The notes under the pieces were generated by a model. The model was given only the letters and a program-made list of their open reading frames with translations, did no database searches and was not told where the DNA came from. Source: a virus. Taken from it: a stretch of 64,000 nt of DNA. Numbering within the stretch: the stretch's first letter is position 1; each line of letters begins with the position of its first letter. The stretch lies in IMG/VR virus record IMGVR_UViG_3300033144_003548. The stretch is one strand, 5' to 3'. This document shows, piece by piece, positions 20,478 to 29,675 of the stretch. The translations under genes were made by a program, and so were the position numbers.

Positions 20478-21029
20478 TTATCCAGTTTTGATAGTTAGTT
20501 CGCCCTTTGTGCTGTTAAACTCAAATACGATACCAACCTGTCCACCAGTTCCCTTATACCATTTACCACCAGACTTAACACTGATTCCATCACCCACATC
20601 AAATGAAGAGCCAGTGTAACAGCCAGATGTAACAGTGTAGATGCCATCATCATAAGCCAGCATCAACGCACCAGATAGAATTGTCTGCTCAGGACTCTTT
20701 AATCTAGGTGCAACCATTCTCAACTTTACGTCAGCAGGAAGATTCTCCTGTCCCTCTGGATACTCTCTCAAGGTATAAGGCTGAGATGTAGTATTACCAG
20801 TCTCATCAAGAGTTGGTAGAGACTCGTAAATAGGAGGTTTCTCATTGTAAACCCTGAACGCAGCTACGAAATGAGCAGCAGTATCATCATCGGCAGTAGG
20901 AAGTTGAGCACCCTGAACCACATCAGGGCTTGATTTGCCCGTAGCAGGAACAAGCTTCACAGCAAGCCCCGCCTGTATATCTTCCTGTGCAACGCAAGGA
21001 ATTGCTGTTCCTTGTAATTTAATTTCCAT
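20478..21029 (-). CDS. Head decoration/cement protein
   Basis: AQEDIQAGLAV...GIYTV...VGDGI pattern; between scaffold and capsid. Confidence 0.65.
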   Translation of the reverse strand: MEIKLQGTAIPCVAQEDIQAGLAVKLVPATGKSSPDVVQGAQLPTADDDTAAHFVAAFRVYNEKPPIYESLPTLDETGNTTSQPYTLREYPEGQENLPADVKLRMVAPRLKSPEQTILSGALMLAYDDGIYTVTSGCYTGSSFDVGDGISVKSGGKWYKGTGGQVGIVFEFNSTKGELTIKTG

Positions 21030-21052
21030 TATTTCTTACTCCTCTTAACAGT

Positions 21053-21994
21053 TTATTTTCTGTCCTTCTTCATCTCGTTCAGACCTTCCCTCACAGTTTC
21101 CACTGCATCAGAATCGTCTTCGCTAGAAATCTGAGGAACTTTTATGCTTGCTGAAGCCTTTGCTCCTTTCTTTAATTCACCCATCTTTGAAATTGTTACT
21201 TTCAAGACCTCTTCAGACATATTAAGCCAGTAATCAGCCTCAGCCTCAACATCAGCCTCGATGCCAGCTTCCTCTAATTGAGTTTTAATAGTCTTCAGCC
21301 TCTCCGCTTTTTCAGCAGCCTCTTCGGTATCGCTCTTGAACTTTCTCAAAGCCTCAAGCTCTTCCTTTTGATCGTTTAGCTCTTTTGTTAAGTCATCAAC
21401 TTGTGATGCTTTCTCTTCCAGAGCAGTCTTGTCAGCTTCTAATGTCTCTTTCTCTCTCTCTAAAGTTTCATTAGTAGCCTTAACAGTCTTCAACTCTGAC
21501 TCTAGAGCCTCAATCTTCTCTTTATCTTCCATATTTTCCTCCTCTGAACTATCAGATTCTAGAACGATGCTATCGCAACGCTCTCCCATCGTCTCGCTAT
21601 CATAGTATTCCACAAATGCTTGCGCCCAATCGAACTCATCTGACTCACCAACCTGAAGGTCCAGATTATAATGCCTTTTAGCGTAGCTCTTGATCCTTGA
21701 TTCAACGCTCTTGAACTTCTTACCTAAAATGGCTTTATTGTCAGCGTGATGGACATATCTCCAAGCAGCTAGGCATCTTGATTTTGTGTCTAATGGGTAT
21801 CTATAACACTCTGGATCACCATAGTCCGATTTGTTCTTTGGATACCCTTTTGGCGGACTCTTATGACAAAGCTGTTCCCTGCCCTGAGCAAACTCAGAAG
21901 GTTCTGTTTCTGCTTGAGAAGGAACACCAGCAACAAGAATCTGCCTAATAGCTTTCAATTGAGGAGTAGGTACATCTTTCAAATCAATATTCAT
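21053..21994 (-). CDS. Capsid scaffold protein (DUF6582-like N-terminal domain + coiled coil)
   Basis: YGDP...RYPLDT...AAWRY domain, long acidic coiled coil; between protease and capsid. Confidence 0.7.
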   Translation of the reverse strand: MNIDLKDVPTPQLKAIRQILVAGVPSQAETEPSEFAQGREQLCHKSPPKGYPKNKSDYGDPECYRYPLDTKSRCLAAWRYVHHADNKAILGKKFKSVESRIKSYAKRHYNLDLQVGESDEFDWAQAFVEYYDSETMGERCDSIVLESDSSEEENMEDKEKIEALESELKTVKATNETLEREKETLEADKTALEEKASQVDDLTKELNDQKEELEALRKFKSDTEEAAEKAERLKTIKTQLEEAGIEADVEAEADYWLNMSEEVLKVTISKMGELKKGAKASASIKVPQISSEDDSDAVETVREGLNEMKKDRK

Positions 21995-21996
21995 TT

Positions 21997-22620
21997 TTAT
22001 TTCACTCCAACAATTTGTTTTCTTCTCTTTAGCTCATCATCAATGGCTTTAATCATATCGAATGAACTAATAGAAACTAACGGTGTTCTACCCTCATAAG
22101 CAGGTGACTTGACCGCCGTTATTGCTTTAGTAGTAGTTCCAACTAACCACTCTACATCATCTTCCATTGAAGAGTCTTTGTATCTAATTTCCCACGAAAA
22201 GTTAACTGCCCTACCTTCGGATGTTTCTTTTTTGAAGAATTCAACAACATCAGGGAACTCATCATTATACAATGCACCAATAGCCACTACTTTATTTCCC
22301 TCTTGCTGACCCTCTTTCAAAACACCGATTTGAACAGCACCAGCGTGTCCTTGAACATCCGCCTCTTCAGGTTCATAATTTGCCTTAATAGGCATATATG
22401 ACATAGATTTGATCAGATTTGGAAACTCGTCTTGTCTTATGCCCTGGTTATTAGCATTAGGTTGATCATCAGCAAAAACGAGCTTGATCCAGGTTAGAAG
22501 AGGATTCTTATACTCGTCTGGAATTCCAGCCTCTGCCAAATTTTCAACAAATGCCAATGTCGTATTAAATGTTGCTTCTTTCATATTATTCCCACTCCCT
22601 CGGATTTGTATCCCATCCAT
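21997..22620 (-). CDS. Prohead protease
   Basis: NANNQG, GH, FSWE, PAY motifs; likely start MKEATF. Confidence 0.75.
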   Translation of the reverse strand: MDGIQIRGSGNNMKEATFNTTLAFVENLAEAGIPDEYKNPLLTWIKLVFADDQPNANNQGIRQDEFPNLIKSMSYMPIKANYEPEEADVQGHAGAVQIGVLKEGQQEGNKVVAIGALYNDEFPDVVEFFKKETSEGRAVNFSWEIRYKDSSMEDDVEWLVGTTTKAITAVKSPAYEGRTPLVSISSFDMIKAIDDELKRRKQIVGVK

Positions 22621-23086
22621 ACAGTCTACCGTATTTTGGTCGTGCCAGTTTCTTACCTGGTAATAACATATCTAATTCTCTAACATCATCTTCCAATGTA
22701 GAACTTCTTTGTCGTGCCGATTCAATATTAGAATAAGCGATCTCCTCATCCCGCCAACTAGCAACGTCACCCGATTCGGAAAATTTCTTTCCACTTTTTA
22801 TCATTACAGACGCTTGCAATACTATTGGTCGTCTATCTCTGTGTTGAATTACTGGTGGTGAAGACCAATCAAATGTTACGTTAGGATTCCTGTGAACCAC
22901 ACCTTCATTATCCACATAATACATATCATCCCACCTACGCATCAACGCAGCTACCGCTTCCCTCAAGACCATATGAAGATACTCGTCAGAAAATGTCGGA
23001 GTTGGGTCATTGTCTCCGATCTGAACTCTTAGAGGTATGATTAATTCTTCTAAATTGGATGTCTTAAATGCCATTTTCACCACCAA
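22586..23086 (-). CDS. Head-tail adaptor protein
   Basis: LRVQIGD...FSDE motif typical of adaptors. Confidence 0.65.
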   Translation of the reverse strand: MVVKMAFKTSNLEELIIPLRVQIGDNDPTPTFSDEYLHMVLREAVAALMRRWDDMYYVDNEGVVHRNPNVTFDWSSPPVIQHRDRRPIVLQASVMIKSGKKFSESGDVASWRDEEIAYSNIESARQRSSTLEDDVRELDMLLPGKKLARPKYGRLYGWDTNPREWE

Positions 23087-23140
23087 AATTATACTTAGAA
23101 ATGTGTCCTACAAATTTCTGACTACCTATGTCCTTCGCTA

Positions 23141-23407
23141 TCAAATTGTCTCCTTAACTTCCACCACCTGTCTTGAGGTAAATGTTTCTTGACCGACTAC
23201 GTAATCAAAATCAATTACATATACACCGATCTCATCAGGTTGCCACAAGCAATGCACAGTTTGATCTTGAACTCCACCAACACCACTGGCAACAACGCTC
23301 TCATCTTCCGTGTCATAGATTGTATATGTAACACCAGATATAGTCAAAGGAGCACTGCTAACAACTGCGTATGCGTATCTCTTTTCTCCGATAGTCCAAG
23401 GTTTCAT
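23141..23407 (-). CDS. Small Ig-like structural protein
   Basis: Beta-strand pattern, GVYVIDFDY. Confidence 0.55.
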   Translation of the reverse strand: MKPWTIGEKRYAYAVVSSAPLTISGVTYTIYDTEDESVVASGVGGVQDQTVHCLWQPDEIGVYVIDFDYVVGQETFTSRQVVEVKETI

Positions 23408-23503
23408 TAGTCCTCTATTTCCTCCACATTCTTATATTACACTTCCCCAAGAGGCACTCTATAAGTACCGTCTAACTTATCAATAGGCATTTACGCCCTC
23501 TAC

Positions 23504-23540
23504 TATATATATTACCATTTTTTGGGCGTTTCTTCCCAAA
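23504..23540 (-). promoter_or_regulatory. Candidate phage-specific (late) promoter TTTGGGAAGA-N9-AAAATGGTAATATATATA, copy 1
   Basis: Identical bipartite motif also at 41845-41881; both intergenic. Confidence 0.6.
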
Positions 23541-23574
23541 TAACGGCTAGGTTAATTTTAACGAAACTTCTAAA

Positions 23575-24720
23575 CTAAGAAATAAAAGATAATCTACCAG
23601 AATTTGCCCTAACCAAAGTCTTATATACCTTATTCGCTACAACCTTCCAAGAGAATTTATCACGCATACTTTGCTCTAGTGCTTCGTTGCCTCTTAAAGC
23701 TAGAAACTCTCTGTCTTTATACAACAACTCTAACTTATCAGCAAGACTATCCTCACTGATAACTCCACCAATAAAAGACGTTCCTGCTAAATACTCCTCA
23801 CGAGCTATGTCTATAAACTCCGCTCCCTGAGTCCATATATCCTTTAAATTGCCGTGTGGTGGGCAGAGGACTGGAACAGCACAAGCAGCACCTTCGATTA
23901 AGGATAAACCAAAGCCCTCCCCAAGAGAAGTATTAACATTCACATCCATTATATTGTAGAGCATATTAATCTTCTCAAAATCCAAAGGTGAGCCACTTAG
24001 TATGGTCTTATCGGAGATATTAAAATCCTTAACAAGAGTTGGAAGATCGTAAGCTATATCCTTGTTTGTTGCGTGAATCAAACATTTTACATCGTTCTTA
24101 CCCTTAGCAAACTTGGCGAAACCCGATAAGAACAAATCTAGTCTCTTTCTATATGTATTGGTATTGTTATTGCCAACAACAAAAAGCCCCTCTACACCTA
24201 AGCTGGCTTTGGCATCAGGAATCTTAAAGAAGACAGAAGGAGCAACACCGTGATAAATAGCTGTAACATCAAGGTTAGGGTTTATCTCTTCAACCTTCTT
24301 CTTAGAGTAGTCGGTATAAGTCATAACTGATTCGATACCATATCTAGAGAATTCCAACATCCTACCAGCATCAATAGGTAAGAGATTAACAGGAAACAGA
24401 GGAACAATTCGTGGTGGTGATGCTAAATCATTTAATAGCGTTCCCAAATACTTTTCGATTATGTGGTCATCATTGAACAGCACAACTACATCAGGAGTTT
24501 CTTCCTTTATAACAGTAGATAAATAATCAAAGGAATACATATCACCTAGTGCAGTCTGTGCTGGATAGATATAGTATGGATAAGGATGTCTCTTCCTACC
24601 ATCATATCTAATACCGTACACTATTAATTCACACTTTGTATAGAGTTCATTACATATGTTGTGCGTAACTATACTAAATCCTGAATTTACGATAGCATCA
24701 CCAACCCACAAAACCTTCAT
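23575..24720 (-). CDS. GT4 (GT-B) glycosyltransferase, paralog of 16660
   Basis: KVLWVGD, SGF, HGV, RKRLDLFL, GEGFGLSLIE. Confidence 0.92.
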   Translation of the reverse strand: MKVLWVGDAIVNSGFSIVTHNICNELYTKCELIVYGIRYDGRKRHPYPYYIYPAQTALGDMYSFDYLSTVIKEETPDVVVLFNDDHIIEKYLGTLLNDLASPPRIVPLFPVNLLPIDAGRMLEFSRYGIESVMTYTDYSKKKVEEINPNLDVTAIYHGVAPSVFFKIPDAKASLGVEGLFVVGNNNTNTYRKRLDLFLSGFAKFAKGKNDVKCLIHATNKDIAYDLPTLVKDFNISDKTILSGSPLDFEKINMLYNIMDVNVNTSLGEGFGLSLIEGAACAVPVLCPPHGNLKDIWTQGAEFIDIAREEYLAGTSFIGGVISEDSLADKLELLYKDREFLALRGNEALEQSMRDKFSWKVVANKVYKTLVRANSGRLSFIS

Positions 24721-24731
24721 AATTCCTCTCC

Positions 24732-25250
24732 TTATATCGTGTTAGGACCCCAGGTAATTCTCCTATGTTGAGGTGACCTCTTAATATTAGGAACTTTGGT
24801 AACTATTTCTCTCTCTTCCGATTCACCTTTAACGGGTTCGTATACAGTCACACGCTTCACCTCAACTGCTGAATCCCAATCAACGGTCACGTCATCGCCA
24901 GACATTGACCAGTTAACTTTATACATCTTTGCTCCCTTTTCAACAATGATATAATCATCAAAAACGTCTGCAACCCAAGGTCCCGTAGGTGGTGATTCAA
25001 CGATCTGAGATGGACCCATAATAGCCTCACGAATCTTCTTTTCAAGCTCCCAAAGCTCTTCTCTCATACTAAGCTCAGCATCCTCTTCCTCACTCTTTTT
25101 CACTTTCCAATTATTCTTTTTTAACTGAGCCTTGCAAATAGCAATTGCACGACTCTCTGGATATTTAGGGTTAGATTCCATTACAGACTCTACACACCTC
25201 TCCATCCATCTAGTCTGCTCAGGCTTTTCATTAGGTATTCCATATGGCAT
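24732..25250 (-). CDS. Putative head-associated protein
   Basis: MPY...WMERCV...AIAIC motif common in phage head genes. Confidence 0.55.
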   Translation of the reverse strand: MPYGIPNEKPEQTRWMERCVESVMESNPKYPESRAIAICKAQLKKNNWKVKKSEEEDAELSMREELWELEKKIREAIMGPSQIVESPPTGPWVADVFDDYIIVEKGAKMYKVNWSMSGDDVTVDWDSAVEVKRVTVYEPVKGESEEREIVTKVPNIKRSPQHRRITWGPNTI

Positions 25251-25253
25251 TTT

Positions 25254-25358
25254 TTACTCATCCTCCCTAAAGATTAAAGGGGTAAATTCGGTGCATCCAC
25301 ATTCGCACTCTTCTACCTCATCACTAACAACTCTGTGGCATTCATTACATACTTTCAT
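25254..25358 (-). CDS. 34-aa Zn-ribbon microprotein
   Basis: Own translation MKVCNECHRVVSDEVEECECGCTEF...; ATGA overlap with upstream gene. Confidence 0.55.
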   Translation of the reverse strand: MKVCNECHRVVSDEVEECECGCTEFTPLIFREDE

Positions 25359-25936
25359 CTCAGTATCAAACAAACTCTACGATTGTCATCAACCAAATCT
25401 TTCCTTGCCACTTCAAACCCATCTAGAAGATAATTCAGTGTTTCATCGTTATAAACACGCATCCAATTATCTCCCCACCTAGATTTATCCGCTCTCCAAT
25501 TACCGTAAGGAATGGTAACAAACATAAAACCACTATCAGTCAGAAGCTCTCTACTAGCAATTAAAGCTTGCCTATCACCCCCCTCGTCAATCCAAGTATT
25601 ATGATAAGCCTTCAAACCGATGTGTTCAAGACTAGACATAAAAATAATGTCATCAAACTTTACATCAAACGAATAATCTCTAATGTCACCGATAACGAAG
25701 TTATACTTTTTATCAGAAAAGTCACCCCAACAAGATCTCTCATTTATATCTATACCCCAAACCGTTTCATAATAGCTAACTAAGAAGTCAGCCAATCTAC
25801 TCTCCTGACAACCGACATCAAGAACACACCCCTTATATCTTATATTTTCTAAAATCCACCTAAGCTCTGGAACAGTCCCCGCATTAAAATTGCCTTTTAT
25901 TGGGTATTTAGCCACAAGCTCAGAATATTTATCCAT
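25355..25936 (-). CDS. Class I SAM-dependent methyltransferase
   Basis: VLDVGC, GID, FDDI, SSLEHIG. Confidence 0.85.
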   Translation of the reverse strand: MDKYSELVAKYPIKGNFNAGTVPELRWILENIRYKGCVLDVGCQESRLADFLVSYYETVWGIDINERSCWGDFSDKKYNFVIGDIRDYSFDVKFDDIIFMSSLEHIGLKAYHNTWIDEGGDRQALIASRELLTDSGFMFVTIPYGNWRADKSRWGDNWMRVYNDETLNYLLDGFEVARKDLVDDNRRVCLILR

Positions 25937-26669
25937 TCTTTCTCCAAAACAGAGAAGCTGACGTGAAGTTCACTGGTCTGGACGGAAAGTGCGTCCTGCC
26001 CCTCAGATACTCTGGTTCTAAATTTTTTGGGTTACTGCTTTGATAAGTATTCACTGGTTCTACTACAAGTAAACCAACCTCTTTCTCGATAATCTCCAGT
26101 ACATTGTTATCAAAGTACAGGATGTTACCAAATTTAATAATCTCATTAGTAGGTTCTAAATTCCACTCTGTAGTCATCCCACAAACACCACCAACTTTAA
26201 GAGTTCTTTTTATCTCTTTGAAGCACTGTAGAATATCTGGTAGCTCACCTATGTGCTCTACCGATGATGAACTCCAAATTACATCAAAAGTATTGTCCTC
26301 GAATTCGATGTGCTTCATATCCATTGGCATAACAGTCAATCTGGCTCTATCATAGGGAATTTTATTAAACCTATAAATTTGTTCTGGTGTATAGTTGTGC
26401 TTCCCCCAAAACTTACTGGGATAATAGGCTATATCAGTGGCATAAACGTGACCAAAATAATTAGCAAGCAAGAAAATAAGTGGTTCTCTCAAACAACCCA
26501 GTCCTAAAGCAATCTTCTCGTTACCAAAGCACCTCAATCTCTTAAAACCATAGCTTAATATGAAATTCTCCCAACTTTTCCTACGAACCCCAAACGTTGC
26601 AAATTCTCTAACTTCATTAAACTCTGGTGAAGAGAAATCATCGTAATCAAAAACTTTATTTAGGTTCAT
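25929..26669 (-). CDS. Class I SAM-dependent methyltransferase
   Basis: LGLGC, FDVIWSSSSVEH, RTLKVGG. Confidence 0.85.
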   Translation of the reverse strand: MNLNKVFDYDDFSSPEFNEVREFATFGVRRKSWENFILSYGFKRLRCFGNEKIALGLGCLREPLIFLLANYFGHVYATDIAYYPSKFWGKHNYTPEQIYRFNKIPYDRARLTVMPMDMKHIEFEDNTFDVIWSSSSVEHIGELPDILQCFKEIKRTLKVGGVCGMTTEWNLEPTNEIIKFGNILYFDNNVLEIIEKEVGLLVVEPVNTYQSSNPKNLEPEYLRGRTHFPSRPVNFTSASLFWRKNG

Positions 26670-27981
26670 TTAATCCGCTCTCTAATACTTCCAGTACCTT
26701 AGCTATGCTACTATCACTTATAACACTGGGTGGTTTTATTTTGAGAACATTACCTAGTCCAGCGTGCTTATCACAACCAAACACGACACCACCTTTGTAG
26801 ATACCATAGTCAATAACTTTCTGCACCTTCTCTGGATATGGTTCTTTGGTATCTGGATTTTTAACTAGCTCAACACCAATAAGCAATCCTTCCTGTCTAA
26901 TATCACCAATTATAGGATACTTCTCTTGAAGCTTAATGAGTTCGGATTCAAATATTTTACCTTTCTCATCAGCTTGCTCACATATCTTCTCTTCCTCTAT
27001 GATTTTTAGGGCTTCTATACCAGCAACCATACTTAATGGGAAACTAGCAAATGTAAATGTTTGATCACCACCCCTAAAATCGAACTCATCTCCGTATAGT
27101 GTAGCTGCAAGAGGAAATCCTCCACCCAGTGCTTTACCAACTGTCATAATATCTGGTTTAAACCCATAGTAATCTGCTGCAAACAGCGAACTCAACTTAC
27201 CAAAGGCGGTTTGCATCTCGTCTGCAACCATAATAACACTATACTTATCACACAACCCACGCAACAACCTGTGATATTCGTACGGAAATGTTATTTGCCC
27301 ACCATTACCTTGAATGGGTTCATATATAATAGCACTTGGTCTCTTTTTTGAAAATATCCTCTCAGTTTCTTCTAAGCATTCGTAACTACAGCTACCTCTA
27401 GATTTACCAAATTTACACCTGTAGCAATAAGGACTTGGTAATCTTACAACCTCAGTTTTTAAAACATCAAATTCTGGTTTTTCCTTATAATCCCAACTCA
27501 ACGAACCAGTTGCTAAACTCCTCCCGCAAAACCCAGTATCAAGAACCGCTATCGGTGATTTAGGGTACTTTATTAGAATTAGCTTTATTGCTCCCTCAAC
27601 TGCAAGAGAACCGTGCAGACAGAAATTTACTTTGGTTAAATTGTCTGGTACGATATTAATTAACTTATAAGCTAACTCTAATTTAGGAATTGTATAATAA
27701 CTGGGACGGATGTGAACAAGTCCGCTATCCATTGTCTTCTTGACCGCTTCTATAACTCTAGGATGACTATGCCCAATTGTAGCCGTCCAGCCTTGGGAGC
27801 AACAATCAACATACGAATCTCCCCACTCGTCATATATAAACTCTCTTTCTGCACGAGCAATAACAAAGAACCTATCTAAGTCACCAGCACTGGCAACACC
27901 CAATCTCTTTTTAGGCTCTTTAAGAATTTCTAAGTCTATCGCTTTATTCCTGCCAATTTGGTGAAAATCTATCGTAGTCAT
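26656..27981 (-). CDS. Class III PLP-dependent aminotransferase
   Basis: IGHSHP, GSLAVEGA, EPIQGNGG, DEMQTAFG, PDIMTVGKALGGG; likely start MTTIDF at 27981. Confidence 0.9.
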   Translation of the reverse strand: MTTIDFHQIGRNKAIDLEILKEPKKRLGVASAGDLDRFFVIARAEREFIYDEWGDSYVDCCSQGWTATIGHSHPRVIEAVKKTMDSGLVHIRPSYYTIPKLELAYKLINIVPDNLTKVNFCLHGSLAVEGAIKLILIKYPKSPIAVLDTGFCGRSLATGSLSWDYKEKPEFDVLKTEVVRLPSPYCYRCKFGKSRGSCSYECLEETERIFSKKRPSAIIYEPIQGNGGQITFPYEYHRLLRGLCDKYSVIMVADEMQTAFGKLSSLFAADYYGFKPDIMTVGKALGGGFPLAATLYGDEFDFRGGDQTFTFASFPLSMVAGIEALKIIEEEKICEQADEKGKIFESELIKLQEKYPIIGDIRQEGLLIGVELVKNPDTKEPYPEKVQKVIDYGIYKGGVVFGCDKHAGLGNVLKIKPPSVISDSSIAKVLEVLESGLNEPK

Positions 27982-29038
27982 ATCTCTTCTCCATAGCAGG
28001 TGCTCTGGTAATTTCCATACCAAACCTGCGATAAAAGTCTTCTTTCCCAGGGTCAGCAATCAAGAATACTTTGATTGGGTTAAGCATCTCAGCTTTCCTG
28101 AACAACTCCTTGACAATAGTAGTTCCTACCCCAATACCTTGATAGGCAGGTCTTACCATAACATCCCAAATAGCAACTGCATAAGCACCATCTGTAAAAT
28201 ATCTTCCAGAACCAATAACCCTACCATTTCTCCTCACCACTGCAAAGGTGGAATTTTTAATGATGGTGCTGTCTCTTTCAAGATTACGCATACTCAGATG
28301 TAAACCACCAAACTCCCCCATATCCTTATAAAGAGAATTAAGCTCCTTTAGAGTGATACTATCACCAAGCTCCAGTTCGGGTGCGTCAAACATTTTCTTT
28401 GCTTGTTCATACTCCTCTGGAGTATCTATTTCCATCCAGTCATACCTAACAAATTCTGGTATTGCGTGAAAGGAACTAATGTGCTTACGAACTATGGACA
28501 CCAACTCCTCTTTTTCCACATTGTTAAGTTGTTTTGCCAGCCTTCTCACAAACTCTGGAGGATAAACTGCCAGTCCAAGCATCACACAGTAATCATATTC
28601 ACGACCAATATCAGTAATTCTATTATTGAAGTCTACTTTTATACCAAGCTCACCTGGACTCCAATGGTGCTTTAGGTTGTCAACAAAATATTGGAACTTC
28701 GGTTGAATGTCAAAGTAGATACGGTAATCTAACATTAGATCACCATCCACGCAGATAACAAAGTCCTCAGTTCCACATTTATCTAAGGCTAATTTGAAAC
28801 TATAAGCATTTCCTGTAGTCTCAAATCTATCGTTACGAACATACTCTACTGAATCTCCAAAATCGGGGAGCATCTCACTTTTGTAGCCAGTGACCACATA
28901 AACTTTATCAACCCCAATATCCCTTAGACCAGTAATCTTATGTTCTAGTATTGTCTTACCATCTAATTTTAGCAGTGATTTGGGGAAATCAATTCCCATT
29001 CGTGAACCCTTACCTGCTGCTAATATTATTGCTTTCAT
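27944..29038 (-). CDS. Nucleotidyl(cytidylyl)transferase (LicC-like) fused to GNAT acetyltransferase
   Basis: MKAIILAAGKGSR..PK, DGD, WMEIDTPE; C-terminal DVMVRPAYQGIGVG...FYRRFG. Confidence 0.88.
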   Translation of the reverse strand: MKAIILAAGKGSRMGIDFPKSLLKLDGKTILEHKITGLRDIGVDKVYVVTGYKSEMLPDFGDSVEYVRNDRFETTGNAYSFKLALDKCGTEDFVICVDGDLMLDYRIYFDIQPKFQYFVDNLKHHWSPGELGIKVDFNNRITDIGREYDYCVMLGLAVYPPEFVRRLAKQLNNVEKEELVSIVRKHISSFHAIPEFVRYDWMEIDTPEEYEQAKKMFDAPELELGDSITLKELNSLYKDMGEFGGLHLSMRNLERDSTIIKNSTFAVVRRNGRVIGSGRYFTDGAYAVAIWDVMVRPAYQGIGVGTTIVKELFRKAEMLNPIKVFLIADPGKEDFYRRFGMEITRAPAMEKRYDYDRFSPNWQE

Positions 29039-29675
29039 TATCTAACCTCATTACATAAACTCTATCCCACACCATATCAACTAATCTCTTCGCTTTAAGA
29101 CTATCACTAATCTTCTGTTGAAGCAGACTGTCCACAGGTGCTAATAGTTTTATCCACTCCTCACGTGGTCGAAGATTTATATGAGTAGGATCACTTTTTC
29201 CTCGACCAATCGTTAGAACTGCCTTGCTAGTCCCAATTCTCCTAATTTCTCTGATTGCTTGCTCGGTAAGTTCGGGTGGCAAATGTTCCATTACTTCCAA
29301 GCAAACTACCAAATCAAAAGTGCTATCATCAAATCTTGATAAGTCGGTCATAGAACCTTCAATTATCAAATCACGAACTGGTGATTCACGGATCATAAAA
29401 TCAGCTATCTCTACACCGATAATGTCTATATCAAGTTGTTTAAATCTCTCTACATCAAACCCTATGCCACACCCTAATGAAATAGCTTTTTTAGGTTTGC
29501 CATAGAACTCCACAATAGTATCAACTATTTTATGATTGTATGGTCTATATCTGTTGAAGTAGCTTTTCTTAGTAAACGTCCCTCCTCCACCACCTACACC
29601 CTTCGCCCCCCAATAAGCATACTCCTCATTAGCTACCACAGAGTACTTGTCAGTATCTACACCAAACTTATCCAC
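29010..29675 (-). CDS. Class I SAM-dependent methyltransferase
   Basis: SLGCGIG, FDLVVCLEVMEH, DPTHIN. Confidence 0.88.
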   Translation of the reverse strand: MDKFGVDTDKYSVVANEEYAYWGAKGVGGGGGTFTKKSYFNRYRPYNHKIVDTIVEFYGKPKKAISLGCGIGFDVERFKQLDIDIIGVEIADFMIRESPVRDLIIEGSMTDLSRFDDSTFDLVVCLEVMEHLPPELTEQAIREIRRIGTSKAVLTIGRGKSDPTHINLRPREEWIKLLAPVDSLLQQKISDSLKAKRLVDMVWDRVYVMRLDNESNNISSR

